A stretch of 63,052 nucleotides of DNA, counting the filler, from Chiloscyllium plagiosum (Eukaryota), in assembly GCF_004010195.1 (NCBI RefSeq). It is 10 parts of 9 records of this genome, joined end to end, with 100 filler letters (N's around TTAATTAATTAA, not from the genome) between each part and the next. Parts side by side here need not be neighbours in the genome. Positions count along the whole stretch, not along the records: positions 3,642 to 29,886 come from NC_057720.1; 9 more parts are not named here. One strand, 5' to 3'. The notes beneath the pieces were generated by a model. The model was not told where the DNA came from. It did not search any database and saw nothing but the letters and a program-made list of their open reading frames with translations. Positions 13,440 to 28,040 of this stretch are shown piece after piece (position 1 is the first letter of the stretch; each line of letters starts with the position of its first letter). The translations under genes and the position numbers were made by a program.

Positions 13440-15455
13440 CAGGAACACTGCAGGAGGATAGGAGGATAGAGAAGAAACTGCTTGGCTCTTTTCTATCATC
13501 GCTGGACAACGAGTGAGGTCCTGGACGACTGGAGGGTAGCAAATGCTGAGCCGTATTCAAGAAAGTCTACAAAGATAAACCTGGGAACTAAAGACCAGTA
13601 AACCTAAAATCCACTTACTGCACGTCCTCCTCTGTAATATGGACATTTTTCAAGATGTCACCATCTATTTCCCCACATTCTATATCTGCTGTGTCTTTCT
13701 CCACAGTAAACATTGACGCAAAGTACTTGTTTAGTATCTGCCCCATCTCCTGCAGTTCTACACATAGGCTGCCTTGCTGATCTTTGAGAGGCCCTATTCT
13801 GTTAATTATTAGTCTTTTGTCCTTAATGCATTTATAAAATCCCTTTGGATTCTCCTTAACCCAATTAAGCAAAGCTATCTCATGTTCCCTTTTTGCCATC
13901 CTGATTTCCCTCATAAGTAAGAGGAGTAAGCAATTCTGGAAAGTGTGAAAATATTTAAGTTCCCTGGGCCGGATGGGACTTATCAAAGGATTCTCTGGGA
14001 AGCCAGGGAGGTGATTGCCGAGGCTTTGGTTTTGATCTTTATATCATCATTGTCGACAGAAACAGTGCCAGAATACTGGAGGGTAGCAAGGGTTGTGTCT
14101 ATTCCCCTTGTTCAAGAATGGGAGTAGAGACAAACCTGGTAATTATAGACCAGTGAGCTTACTTCGGTTGTGGGTAAAGTGTTGGAAAAGGTTAGAAGAG
14201 ATAGAATTTATAATAATCTAGAAAGGAGAAAGTTGATTAGAGATAGTCAACATGGTAGATCGGGCCTGACAAACCTTATTGAGTTCTTTGAGAAGGTGAC
14301 CAAGCAGGTGCATGAGGGTAAAGCGGTGGATGTGGTGGATATACACTTCAGTAAAGCATTTGATAAGGTTCTCCACAAAATACGGGGGCATGGGATTAAG
14401 GGTGATTTAGCGGTTTGGATCAGAAGTTGGTGAGCTGAAAGAAGACAGGGCATAGTTGTTGATGGATAATGTTCATCCTAGAGTTCAGTTACTAGTGGTG
14501 TAACGAAACATCTCTTTTGGGGCCACTGCTGTTTGCCATTTTTAAAAATGACCTGAATGAGAGCATAGAAGGATGACTTAGCAAATTTGCGGATGACACT
14601 GAGGTTTGTGGAGTAGTGGATAGTGCTGAAGGATATTGCAGGTTACACAGGGACATGGATAAGTTGCAGAGCTGGTTTGAGAGGTGGCAAATGCAGAGTT
14701 TAATGCAGAAAAGTTGAGGTGATTCACTTTGGAAGGAGCAACAGGAATAAAGAGCACTGGGCTAATGGTAAGATTCTTAGTAGTGTGGATGAGCAGAGAG
14801 ATCTCGGTGTCCATGTACACAGATCCTTGAAAGTTGCAATCCAGTTTGATAGGGTGGTTAAGAAGGCCTATGGTGGGTTAACTTTTATTGCTAAAGAGAT
14901 TGGGTTTAGGAGCCATTAGGTCATGCTGCAGCTGTACTAAACTCTGGTGTGGCCACAATTGGAGTATTGCATACAGTTGTGGTCACCGCATTAAAAAAGG
15001 ATGTGGGAACTTAAGGGTTTGGAGGAAATAAACTCGGATGTTGCCTGGCATGGAGGGAAGGCCTTATGAGGAATGGATGAGGGACTTGTGGCTGTTTTTG
15101 TTAGAGAGAAGAAGGTTGAGAGTTGTATTAATTGAGACATACTAAGATAATCACAAGGTTGATAGGGTGAGCCTTTTTCCTCAGATGCTGAGGGGGCATA
15201 GGTTTAAATTGAGGGGTGATAGATATAGGAGAGATGTCAGAAGTAGTTATTGACTCAGAGACTAGTAGGGGCATGGAATGCACAGCCTGCAACTGTAGCA
15301 GACTCGCCAACATTAAGGGCATTTAAATGGTCACGGGATAAACATATGGATGAAAATGGAATAGTGTAGGATAGATGGGCTTCAGAATGGTTCCATAGGT
15401 CGGTGCAACATCGAGGGTTAAAGGGCTTGTACTGCGCTGTCACGTTCTATGTTCT
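13440..15455 (+). mobile_element. CR1 LINE, 5'-truncated, with an inverted segment at about 13615-13915
   Basis: RT motifs GPDG, SQHG, LTNLIEFF, FSKAFDKV, KFADDT and DLGV with stops and frameshifts. Ends in a TTCTATGTTCT tail. Confidence 0.9.
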
Positions 15456-17919
15456 CGATATGACATTGCTCACCACCGCCCTCTCTAGGACAATTAGGGA
15501 AAGACAACAAACAGCAGACAAATCAAAGCTTGCCCCATCCCAGGAGAAATCAAAATAAATGACGTACAATTCAAATTATTAAACTGGTGAGGCTTAAGTT
15601 CATCTCTTTGAAACACTGGAGCCTCGGCCATGACATGGGTGAACCTGCATTTTTAAATTGCAGATCTACAGATCAGGCACAAAATAAATTACACTCAAAG
15701 ACCAAATAAACGGCTACCAAAGTGTGTCACCAAACTGCAATAAACAGCAATTTGTCAGGAAGAACTCAAGAGAAAGCCATTAGTGGGTGTAAGAGGATAA
15801 GACAGACAAGTGTCAGATGTCATTGAATGCACCATAAATGCACTAAAACTGTTGGGATAGAGCAGGGCATTGGGATTAATTGAATTTTTCTATTGAGAGC
15901 TTTCCTGGTTGTAATGACTTAGAACGTTAAAGGATGAAGTGTAGCTCATATTGTAAACAATATACTGCAGTGGGGAAGAAAGGATGTTGAGCAACATAAA
16001 TTCTTAAAATTGGGAAAGAAAATCGGAAAAAACATGGGAAAAGCCAATGGGATTTTGGAATTAATATTGTGAGTGAGGAGATGGAGGGGAGAGTGGCCAG
16101 GACAGCTGTACTGAAGAATGGTTAGGTCACATCAGGAATATGGTGTACAGTTATGGGCTTCTTTGAGGGACAATGCAGAATGGGACAGGGTTAGGGATCT
16201 AGGTTACAAGGAAACACCAGAAAAGGATCTGGAGGAGGGAGGGAGGGTATTCTGATAACAAAAACTCTTTATGAAATCGACCCAGTAAATGTAGATTTAC
16301 TGTTAATGCCGACAAACAGAAAGGCAAAATGACACATTCTCCGGTCATACACCAGGTACAGGAAGGAGATCAGGAAAAGTATTTTGATGTAGAGATTGGA
16401 ATTTTGTAAGTACTGGTAAACTGGGTCCTCCTTTCAAAATGGGACAGAATTACCTCTTGGAATTTGAACAGGTCTGAAGCAAAAGAGCAAATTAAGATTA
16501 AATAGTTATTTGAGAATATTGAACTGGCCTGAAAAATGCCTGGTTTTTGGAAGCATTTGACAATTGGAAAAGTACCAATCAAAGGGGAAAAACATGACAT
16601 TTATATTGCATATGAGGAAAGTGCTGATCGGTTGAGGTGTTGTCACTATGAACACGTCAGTTTAAATATTGTTTTCCTTTGCTATGGCATTTCTTGTAAA
16701 TTGTCCTAATGCACGCAAGTCAAAAAGCTTCAACAAAATGTTTGTTTTTCAGCAACATTCAAATTAGGATCAGTTTGGAGAGAAAGAATGAACATGGAAA
16801 TGTATTAAGTTAACAATGAAATTTTTCCTAAATTCGGCAGAGACCAGGATAGCTTCACCTTGAACTTAATACAGGAATTATCAGGTGAAATTTAATCACT
16901 GGAATGATTTAACCACCTTCCACCAGTTTGATTATTTGAATTGTCCATCAGTTATATTGATTACTCCTGGGATGGGGAGGGCATTGACGTGTCTGCTGTT
17001 TATTGCCCTTCCCTAACTATCCTGGAGAGGACGGTGGTGAGCCATGAGTTTCCAGAAGAGAATCTGACAGAGGGACAAGATCATGTGCTGGGCCTGAGTA
17101 CAGCTGTCCCTCAGTAGAATGAGCTGTGGCACAAGGGAAAATCTGGGAGTGGTGGAAAGGCACATGCAGCCCGGCTAGGCTGCAGAGGGGCAGAACCAGT
17201 TCTGTCGATTGATCTGATGTCCTTCTGAGCTGAGTTGCAGACTCAGGCTTTTATGGCTGCACAGCTTACACTGTTACTGACCATGTCTCCATGATTGATG
17301 AGGCCTGCCCCAGGAGAACATCCACAGAAAGCTGCCTCCTGTGTGTCTGATGTGTCTGCGTGTCTCTCAGACATGACTGAGCAGGCAGCAAGGGTTTCAG
17401 CAACAACAAAGGTGTTACTCTAGTGCCACTCCAAATTTTACCCATCGACGTACAAACTCTTCTGGGGAAAGGGCTCAACACCCGCCATAGCCTGCTTCAA
17501 TGTCCCACACCCCACCTCAAGACACCAGACCCCACTGTTCCCTGCCTCCTTGTCCCCATCATCTGCTCTCCATCTCTCTCCTGAAGGCACTATCTCTGGC
17601 TGGGAATCAGCTACAGCCTCCCCAGGTGGTCTCATTCCTCCAAATGTGAGCTGGGATGGGGAAGCAATGCAGGCTATTGGACCGGGAGATGTCAGCCTGG
17701 TGTCAGTGGGGAGCACTCTTCCCTCAGACTCACCATGTTGCAGACTGGGTGGATGAGCCATTGGGAAATGTAGGGTTACAGGGATAGTGTAATCGTTTGG
17801 ATCTGGGTGGGATGCTCTTCGGAGGATTGGTGTGAACTCATTGGAGTGAATGGCCTGCTTCGACATTGCACAGATTCCATCATTACATGATTCTATCCTG
17901 AAGCAAACATCCAGGCTGA

Positions 17920-18210
17920 GAGTGCAGTGAGCGCTGAGGGAGTGCAGCACTGTCAGAGGGTCAGTACTGAGGGAGTGCTGCACAGAGGGATCATTACTGT
18001 GGGACTATTGCACTAATGTTGGGTCAGTACTGAGGGAGTGCTGCACTGTCAGAGGGTGAGTACTGAGGGAGTGTTGCACTGTCAGAGGGTCAGTACCAAG
18101 ATAGTGTCACACTGTCAGAGGGTTCGTACTGAGGGAATGCCGCACTATCAGATAATTCATGCTGATGTGTCAATACTGAGGGAGTGCAACACTCAGAGGT
18201 TCAGTGCTGA
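17920..18210. repeat. Degenerate minisatellite, unit about 33 bp
   Basis: Repeated CAGTACTGAGGGAGTGCTGCACTGTCAGAGGGT-like units. Confidence 0.85.
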
Positions 18211-18705
18211 GGTACCATCTTTCAGATGGGATGTTCTGATGTCTGCCCTCTCAGGGGACAGAAGAAGATGCCATGACACGATTAGAAGAGCAGAGCAGAT
18301 CCCCACGGTCAATATTTTAAAAATATACCTTTTAAAAAATACCTGGATGAGCACCTGAAATATGTGAACATTCAATGCTTTGGGCCTAGTTTTTGGAAAG
18401 TGGATGGAGAGTAGATTTAGTTTTGCATTGGTGGGACAGACGTGATCGGATGAGGGACCTCTTCTACACTGTATGATTCGCTGATTCTGTGAAACCTCTG
18501 GCTGATGACCACGTACTGTCCTCCCTCGGCTGATGAGTCAGTCTCTCCTCCATGTTGAACAGCACTTGGAGGAAGCTCTGAGGGTGGTGAGGGCACAGAA
18601 TGTACTCTGGGTGGGGGACTTCAATGTCCACCATCAAAAAGGAATTTTAAAAACATCAGGTTTGTTAGGTATTGGATACAAATATTCAAAGTGATACTTT
18701 TGCCT

Positions 18706-18792
18706 GTCCAATGCTCGCTTCGCCTGTGCCCTCACCCACGTGACACTCCCCTCTGATGCAGCAAGAGCATCAGGAGATCAGAATGTGTGTAG
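18706..18792 (+). pseudogene. IGKC: Remnant of a kappa light-chain C exon (3' quarter only), followed by its 3'UTR to about 19390
   Basis: SNARFACALTHVTLPS then a frameshift, then KSIRRSECV*. Directly preceded by J-C intron homology (about 18640-18704), so the acceptor and most of the exon are deleted. AATAAA at 19355-19360. Confidence 0.85.
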
Positions 18793-21700
18793 TGTTGGAG
18801 ACAGTCCACGGAGGAGACACAACTTTAAATAGAACAGGGCTGAGCTGGTAGGTCAAAGGTCATTGTCAGCACTGAATTTCAACTCTCCTCCTTCTTGAGA
18901 CTGGCCTCTGGGAGACTCTGAGGTTCAGGGGTTAAGGCAGGTTACTGTGACACTGTAGACAGAGCTTCACTCTGTACCCAACCAGTGCTGTCCCTGTCCT
19001 GGGAGTGTTTGACAAGGAAAGTGTGGAGACAGCTTTATTCTGTTTCTTATCTTGTCCCTGTCCTGGGTGTAATAACAAGCATATTCTTTCAAAGATATTG
19101 AAAACTGTCAGCTGTATAAAAACAATGTGCACCTTCGAAGTCTCTGCTTCAGTAAACCAGATCTCCTTCCTGCTCAGCCACCAGTTCCAATTTAAGGTTT
19201 TGTCACTGTTTAAAGGGACAGGATTCTCATGTTATTGAGAAAATCTCCACAAGTGTTTTCCTCAAGCTCCTTTGTGGCTGTGAATTTGAGCAGCTTCCTC
19301 TGTCTGGGCTGTTAATTGCAGTCTGTTTTCTGTCAATGTCAATCTGGAAAAGGGAATAAAGATGAAGAAGATTCAGTCTCTGCCTCTATGTGCTTTGGAA
19401 ATGGCCCGAGCTGAAGCCTCAGGGAAAGGGTGTGTGAAGTGAAACCCTCCACCCTCAAGGCCTGGAACACGACGGGGAGAATAGAGAGGGCAATGGGGTC
19501 CCGGGAGCAGGAGGGCAATACTACAGTTAGGGCCAGAAGGGGCACTTTCAGCAGGAATGCAGGGCCCCGAGAAAATCATCCCCAATAAATGGGGAAAAGA
19601 AGAAAGGTATGTTGGAGTTCAGAAAGTTCAAAGAATGATGCCGAGAGTAAGCTGAACTCAGAGTGTAGATGGGGAAGATCCAACCCAGAGTGGGGAGGGT
19701 ACCTTTCAATCCACAACACCCCCATCCACCATGGTGGTGCTTGAAGGGGCAGTACCCATCCTGAATACCTGTATCTGATGGTGTACGATGAATGGAGAAG
19801 AGCCTGTGTCCATATGTGTGTGGGTGGGGAACGGGGAACATATTGAGTAGACCCCGTTATATCTCATCCATCCATAGAAACCACTGAGACCAGCCCTCTC
19901 CAGTGGAGAACGAACTGAAGGGGTTCACGGGGGGACTTTGTGATGGGAGGGCTATCAAAACACTGGAATGGAAGGGTGGGCTCTCTGGGCACTCAATGGC
20001 AGTGTATCTGAACACAATGGAGTGAGCTCACTCAGTGAATTTTCAGAGCAGATTGGCTCATTGCTGATGGACTGGCAATGGGTCTTTACACAGTTGGTCA
20101 TTTCGAATGTGCCCTGGTCCATATCGGGGCAGGGAGGGCTGAGGACCAGGACAAATTCACTTTCCCGTTTAAAGACCAACAATATTGATGGAGCTGCCTG
20201 CTACAAGGGCTTCCCAATTGTCCCTCCATCTTCCAGCAGAGCATGGCACAAGGGCTGTGAGAGATCAGTTCAGTTCCCCCAAACAGTTTGGACAGTGTGT
20301 GGTTGACTTGCTGCTGTTTGTGGGAACTGAGGAGGAGGACTTGTCCCTTTGGAATGACAGAATTCCCAGGAGTTGCTCTGAGGGATCCAGATGTTGATCC
20401 TTTCCCTGGAACAGCAGGTGAAAAGCTGCTGCATTGCTCAGGCTCCTTGATGCCACACACCATCAAAGAGGCTTTGATGTCAAGGGCTGTCACTCTGCCC
20501 TCACCTCACTCGCATGGTCAGGAAGAGCTCAGTCCACTGACTCACATTTATCTGAATGAATTCCACTTGTTACTAATCAGACCATCTGACCCTCCCAGCC
20601 CGTCTACATCCTCATGTCATCTTGTACTGCTTTAGGATACCCACATTCGGGAGGGTCAATAAATGGAAAGCACTAAAACCTTAATTCAGATACTGAAGAC
20701 AATTATTGGATTAATAGAGTAATTCTAAAAAAGTAATTCTGTCGGTTTTTGAATTGAACACTTAGTTCATAATCATCAAATTCCAATAACTACATCAAAA
20801 CATTTTTCCTGATCTCTTTTCTGTACCTGGTGTATGATTAGAGAATGTGTCATTTTGCCTTTCAGTTTGTCTGCACTGATGGTAAATCTACATTGACTGA
20901 GTTTCTTTGTTTAAGAATTTTTGAACATCAGAATACCCTCCCTCCACTGTCGAGATCATGTTCTGGCCTTCATAGAGTCATAGAATCGAGGGATTCCTAC
21001 AGGATGGAAGGAGGCCACACAGCCCACAGTGAATAAATCTGCTTCTCAAATTTCCCAGCAACACTGAGAGCTCGGGGTTAAGACATGAAGGAGGCAGGGT
21101 GAAGAGTTGAGGATTTTTTTCACACAGTGTGCATGAGTGGGTCCAGAGAAAAGAATATTCAGTTGGTTTGAACTTACAAATTAGAGACTAAATTAGGCCA
21201 TTTAATCCATCAAGACTTCTCTATCAATTGATAGGACCAGGGCTGATGTGTTTGTATCTCCAATTCCACATTCCCATCTATCTTGCATAACTCTTGACCC
21301 TTTTGTGCAACAAAAGTCTGCTACCTCCACTTTTAAAATATTCAAGTTGTTGAAATTTTGAAACAGTGTTCCCTGAAGGGAATATCCTTTAGAAGACTGG
21401 CAGCCCAGCAGGGAACAGTGTCCTGAGAGAAGCCCTTTCAGATTGGCTGCACGTGCCGAGTGTAACCCACAGCGCTCAGTACTGTGCCCTCAGCCGTCAA
21501 CTTTTCTCACTGGCTTCAGTGAGGGAATTGACAGCATGGGGGCAATACTTACAGAGGATTCAAAGAAAAGGAGGAAAGCATGTTGTGAAGGTGACATGGC
21601 AGGGGGCAGACCGATAGAGTTCGGTTCACTGAGGAGACAGAATTCAAGCAGATGGTGTATAATTTGGGAAAATGTGAAGTTGTTCACTTTGACAGGAAGA

Positions 21701-21954
21701 ATCAAATTGTTGTGCATTATTGCAGTGAAGAATGACTGAGGAGTTACACACAATTACTGGACCTTGGTGAGACCACATCTCAAACACTGTATGCAGTTAT
21801 GGTCTCCTTATTGAAGGGAGAATATAAATGCATTGGAGGTTGTTCAGAGGAGTTTTACCTGATTGATCCCTGGAATGAGTGGGTTGTGTGATGAGGAAAG
21901 ATTGGAAAGGCGAGCCCTGTCCTCACTGAAGTAGAGAAGAGAGAGGGGTTCAAG

Positions 21955-23165
21955 GTTTGTGCACAGATTTGTAGCTCTGGTGCTGGTTGCCATGGTTGTT
22001 GGTGTGTTCGCCGAGCTGAGATGTTGATTTGCAGATGTTTTGTCCCCTGCTTAGGTGATACCTTCAGTGCTTTGGAGCCTCCTGGGAAGCGCTGTTGCAA
22101 AGACTAGAACAAACAGCCATCCGAGCAATCAAACCCAAAATATGGATCAGATACACGGACAACACTTTTATAATAATAAAGACAACAGAGATCAAGTACA
22201 CAAACTCGATCATCAACACCATGTTCTCAGGGCTCAAATTTACGAAAGAGGAAGAAATTAACAACCAAATCCCACTCTTGGAAGTGATGGTAGAAAGAGC
22301 ACAGAATGGTGAATGCACAACAAAAGTGGACAGAAAAACCAGATCCTGAACTACAACAGCAACCACCCAAACACACACAGGCGAAGCTGCATTAGGCCTC
22401 TGTTCCTAAGGGCTACAACACACTGCAGGACTCCCGACCTGCAAAGAGAAGAACACTTCTACAAAGACTTTGTCAAGAACGGATATCCCTGCAACTTCAT
22501 CCACACATGCCTAACAGACAAACAACGCGATGAGGACATGCCACGACCTAACTCACTAGCCACGCTACCTTATATAAAAACATCACAGAACTGACAGTTC
22601 GACTCCTCCAACCACTCATAAACTGCCCAGAAACTGACAGCCACCCTCAGACAACGACTCACGAGAACAAAAGATCCAAAACCCACCGTGTGAAAGACAG
22701 ATGTAGTTTACAAGATTCCATGCAATGTTTGCACGAAACACCTCGGACAAACAGGCAGACAACTAGCCATCCACATCCATGAGCACCAACGAGCCACTAA
22801 ACCCCATGAGCAGCTGTCCCAAGTAGCTATACACACAGATGACAAGAACCACAAATTCGATTGGGCCAACACTATGATCATAGGACAAGCTCAACAGAGG
22901 ACAGCCAGAGAATTTCTAGAGGCATAACACTCATCCATGGGCTCCATCAATAAGCACATTGACTGAGACCCAATATACCGACCACTGCAACGACCATCAG
23001 GAACCAGTAACTGGAAACAGCAGGAATGGAACCAAATAAATTCCAGAAGGCACAGCACAACAGCACTTCACAGGAGGCCCAGTGCACTGAAGATGTCACT
23101 TAGACGGGGGACAAAATGTTTGCAAATCAACTTCACAGCTCGGTGAGCATACCCAAGGCTACAGC
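21955..23165 (+). mobile_element. Penelope-like element, 5'-truncated, with inverted terminal repeats
   Basis: RT motif WIRYTDNTF (YVDD-equivalent) and GIY-YIG VVYKIPC..C...GQTGRQL...IHEH. The 21955-22095 segment is an inverted copy of the 3' end; both ends hold degenerate hammerhead cores. Confidence 0.88.
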
Positions 23166-23768
23166 AAGAGTGAGGGGTTTTCCTGTCCTACAGTGCTCTC
23201 CAAAACCTTACCTGCCCTCCTCATTGTCATACCCTCCTGCCATGGAATGGAACTGCCCGGTCCTGAGGCTTATAATTTCCTTCTGGAACACCTCCCTGAT
23301 GTGTCACCAATTATTTCAACTTAGTCTCCAATCCAAACACCCTGTGTGGGATTTGTTGTAGATTTATACATTCACTACAGATGTATTTAACCTGAGTCAC
23401 TTTAATTTAATTTAATTTAATTTAATTGAAATCCTTGTTCCCGAACCACCTCATCAAACCTAAATACAATTGAGAAAATATAAACCAAACCCAATTCCCA
23501 AGGACATATGTCACAACAAGAAAGTGGGGAACAGACAGTTACTGTTCGCTGTCTCTGGGGAGCGACGCTTTTCCTGTCTCCTCTCTCTTTGCGGGATATC
23601 ATTTTTACCGTCCTTTCTGTCTGAGAATATTACTGTTCCTGTCCCCACTCTCTTTAGGGAACAGGGTAGGGGTGTCACATCCACCCAGTTTGTTAGTTCC
23701 ATTTACTCTCATGAAATGTGTAATCCCTGCTTCACTATGTGTGTGAGCCATGTGTGAAAGCCCAGCAC

Positions 23769-24000
23769 AGCTAACCCTTCACTTAAATCAGATCACAGGA
23801 TCTGAGGTTGGTCCATACTATCTGGACCCAGACAAAAACACTGACTGACTGGATCATGATCAAGATAACCCAAATCAAGTCACAAGCTAACCCTTCACTT
23901 AAATCAGATCACAGGATCTGAGGTTGGTCCATACTATCTGGACCCAGACAAAAACACTGACTGACTGGATCATGATCAAGATAACCCAAATCAAGTCACA
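23769..24000. repeat. Exact 116-bp tandem duplication
   Basis: 23769-23884 is repeated at 23885-24000. Confidence 0.9.
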
Positions 24001-24894
24001 ATGAGACTGCTGTTGATCTTCACCCTCAAAGCCCACTGAGGAGGTGGTCATTAATCCCAGTGTTGTCACAGAGTAAGTTCTCCCAGGGATTCATGATTCA
24101 TTCTAGATTTTACATAAGTGTGTGATGTTGTCAGATGACAGTTGGGAAGACATGAAGATAAAAGATAAAGGAGAGAGAATTATATATGTGTTATATGTTC
24201 TTTGAACTTAGGATGTTTGGAAATGTTTTACAGCCAATGGAATACTTCCAAAGTCCAGACATTATTGTAATGTGGGAATTGTGACAGCCTGGGCAAGGCA
24301 GAACATTTGGCAGCACTACCTAGAGACTGGAGGCTGCTACTGCAGGCAGGCTCCAACCAGCTCTGCTGTGAGGGAAGGACACTGGAGCACACAAGGACAT
24401 GGGAAATAGGAGCAAGAGGAGGACTCCAATAGCTGTCCATCCTTTCTTAAATACAGGGACCAAAATTGCACACAATACTTCAAATGCAGGCTCACTAACA
24501 CCCTCCATCGTTTTAACAGGATTTCACTACTTTTAAATTCCAACCCCCAGCAATAAAGGTGAAAATTCCATCCGCCTTCTCGATTACTTGCTGTACCTGC
24601 ACTGACATTCTGTGTTTCATGCACAATACTACCCAGGTCACTCTTTATTGTACTTTGTTGGAATCTCTCACAATTTAAATAATAGTCGGCCTTTAGATTA
24701 TTCTGACCCAAGTGCATGGTCTCACACTTTCTGACATTCAATTCCATCCACTGTGTATTAGTGTTTCATTTCCAGTTTGGTCTTCTCTTTGTAATTGACC
24801 ATCTCAATGCATCTATCTGTAGCATGCCCCATTCCCATTTGTTGATGGCCCTGACACTTGATGATCTAACCCTTTCCTGCTGGTTCCATTCAAT

Positions 24895-26460
24895 GACAGA
24901 CAAGAGGTTAGAAGAACACAGCAAGCCAGGCAGCATCAGGAGGTGGAGAAGTTGATGTTTTAGGTGTAACCCTTCTTCAGGAATGGGGTTAGGAGTAGAG
25001 GAAGCTGCAGATAAAGGGGGTAGTGGGGAACGGATGATGAAGTGGGGATAGGTGATGAAAGGTAGATGATACAACTGGGTTGGTCAATGGGAGGAATGAA
25101 TCTGGTAAGTGGCAGGGAGGAGTGGAAGGGAGGGATAGGGGCTTGGAAGAGAGTTGGGGGAAGGAAAGAGTGGTTATTTGAAATTGGAGAACTTAATGTT
25201 GAGTCATCTGGGCTGTAGGCTGCCCAGACGGAAGATGAGGTATTGTTCCTCCAATTTGTGGTTTGGTTTATTATGATAATGGAGGAGGCTGATGATGGTC
25301 ATGTCGGAAAGGGAATGGGAAGGGGAATTGAAATGGGCGGTGACTGAGAGGTCTGGTCGGCCCCTGCAGGCCTGGCTGAGATTCTCGGTGAAACATTCCC
25401 TAAGTTTATATTTGGTCTTTCCAATGTAGAGAAGACCACATCGCGGGCACCTGATGCAGTGAACTAGGTTGGAATGGCAGAAGAGTTGGGGCACAGTGCT
25501 TGTATAGTCACTGAAGAGGGACTGTTCGACACAGCTCAACCAGGTGCCCATGGCCACCCCTTGGACCAGTTTGGCAAGATGGAGGGGGACTGGATGGGTC
25601 TGTTGCAGACGAAAAGGTGTTGGGCCTGGAGGCCATCCTTGTGGGCTATGGACATATATAAGGACTGCACATCCATCATGGAGATAAAGCACTTAGGGCT
25701 GGGGAACTGGACGTTACTGAAGAGATGGAGGACATGGTTGGTGTAGCGGATGTAGGTGGGCAGTGCCTGAACCAAGGAGGTTCAGGTAGGCCGAGATGAG
25801 TTCGGTGGGGCATGGTGAGACGATGGGTCAGCCGGATAGTTGGGCTTGTGGATCTTGGGGAGGAGGTAGAACTGGGCTGGGGGACTTTGAGATTGGAGAC
25901 AGTGGAGGGGAGAACACTGGAGGCAATGTGGGGCACTGACAGTGCGAATGATTTTGGCCTGATGGGTCACGGCGGGGTTATGGGCAAGGGGGAGTAGGGC
26001 ATGGTGTCTGAGATTTGGGGTTTGGCCTCTGTGACATTTAGGTCTGTTCTCCAGCCTAACAGCACCCCACATTTGTCAGCCGGTTGGATGGTGAACCAGG
26101 GGTTGGCGCAGAGAGAGTGGAGTGCTCGATCGGAGGGAGTGTGGTTGGAGTGGGTGAGGGGAGAAATTGAGGCGGCTGATGGCACATCAACAGTCAGCAA
26201 TGAAGAGGTCTAAGGTGTGTACACAGCTGGTGGTGGGGGGTGGGGGGGTGACCAATGGAGGACGGGAGAAAGGGTCCTCAGAAGGAGTTTGGGAGTTTTT
26301 GTTAAAGAAGAAAACATGGAGGTAGAGGCGGCGGAAGAAGAGCTCTGCGTTGTGGTGGGTGTGGGTTTCGTTGAGGTGGGGTCGGGCGGGACCCCTTTCC
26401 TGAGGATAGACCTTTTGGCCTCAGAGAGTTCGAGGTCGGGAGGATAGTAAATATGGGGCA
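24895..26460 (-). mobile_element. Penelope-like element, decayed and internally deleted
   Basis: IQPADK, FYLLPKIHK, MDVQSLY and GVAMGT RT motifs, plus NLVHCIRCPRCGLLYIGKT...HFN GIY-YIG domain. Confidence 0.88.
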
Positions 26461-26582
26461 AGGCTCAAGGGTGAGAATTTCCGGGTGGGCCAAAGTTGGC
26501 TGAAGGAGGGGAGGGGGGAAGGGTGATGGGGCCAGAAGTGGAGGCCGAGGCTGGAGCGAAGTCAAGGCCAGTCCGAGTGTTT

Positions 26583-26885
26583 TGACCCAGGTTCAATTCC
26601 AGCCTCAGGCAACTGTCTGTATGGAGTTTGCACATTCTCCAAGTGTCTGCGTAGGTTTCCTCTGGGTGCTCTGGTTTCCTCCCACAATCTAAAGACATGC
26701 GGGTTAGGTGAATTGGCTGTGCTAAGTTGCCCATAGGGATCAGGGATGTGTAGATTAGGTTCATTAGTCAGGGCAAAAGTAGAGTAATGGGATTATGGAT
26801 TGGGTCTTGGGTGGGTTATTCTTCCAAGGATCAGTGTGGACCTGTTGGGCCAAATGGCCTGTTTCCTCACAGTAGAGATTCTATG
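26583..26885 (+). mobile_element. tRNA-derived shark SINE (HE1/V-SINE-like)
   Basis: B-box GGTTCAATTCC and core GGAGTTTGCACATTCTCC...GGTTTCCTCCCACA. Other copies at about 29987-30150, 31352-31560 and 45560-45872 (minus). Confidence 0.8.
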
Positions 26886-28040
26886 ACAGTCCATTCCAGA
26901 TTCCCACCACCCACTGAGTGAAAACATTCTTCCCCAAATCTTATTTGCAGTGTCCATGATGAAATCTTTCAAACCATTCATTTTGTCTAGTGTCGTTTAG
27001 CTCTTGAGCTCCTTGAACAATAAATGTTTTATTCTTTTTGATAAAATATGAATTCCTGACAGGGACAGTTAACTTAGTCCAATCAGGAAATCCTGGCTGA
27101 CAGATAAAAAGGGGAATGTTAGAAGGACTGATACTCTGGGACCTGACTCTGAATAACAACCTGCCGACCAACCCCCTCCTTCTGATACCCTCAATCTCCC
27201 CATGCTTACTCTTGATGCACCTTTGATCCAGCTTGTGCTGCCTTTGGGAGAGGTTGACCTTCCCTCCATCACCCAGGAATGTGGTCATCATCCAAGAGCA
27301 ATCGCACTTTTAACCTGAGGGTCATTATAGCTGGGGCAGGGGGAGTGAACATGGCACCTTCATGGTGGTCATATCTATCATTAATCCACCGCAACCTCTC
27401 TTGGGGCTGCAAGAGTCCAACCTCCCTCCCTCAGACAGCTCCCCTCCCTGGAAGGTAATATTGTTGCACCTAGTTTTGGGTTAACTGACCACTGAAATAC
27501 AACTATGGGGAGGCAGCATTGGCTGAGCAGGCAGCCACGACTGCTCTGACCCTGGATTCAGAAAATCTCCTCGGAATTGAGCAACACATTCGGGAGCACA
27601 GTGCCCACTGCCTCTGAAATCCCTCACTTACCGAGAATTCGCTCTCAGTATTCACCTTTTCAGCGGTCATCTCAATTTACCATAAACTCTGTGTCCAATG
27701 ATCCTGCCCTCCAGCTACCTGATGAAGGAGCAGCGTTCCGAAAGCTTCTACTTCCAAATAAACCTATTTGACTATAACCTGATGTTGTGTGCTTTTTAAC
27801 TTTATGGATTTGGCCATCTGAATGAACTGCCTCTCAGACTGAATCAGCTGAACTGTTTTTCATTCATGATTTGAGAAGATTAAAGCCTCATCTTCAATCC
27901 CCAGCACAAAGCCCATTCTCAATCCTTCGCTCGGAGACCCATACCTCAGAGAGACACCTACAGACAGCACAGAGTAACACACTTGCACTGAGAGAGACAC
28001 CTACAGGTTGCACTAAGTAACACACTCACATTGTGAGACA

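Noticed and set aside
17920-18210. Regular 33-bp repeats resembling CRISPR or a switch region
   Set aside because: No unique spacers, eukaryotic context, and not upstream of a CH exon; an ordinary minisatellite.
23769-24000. 116-bp tandem repeat containing nonamer-like ACAAAAACA
   Set aside because: No heptamer at 12 or 23 spacing and no adjacent V or J. The exact duplication suggests an assembly overlap.
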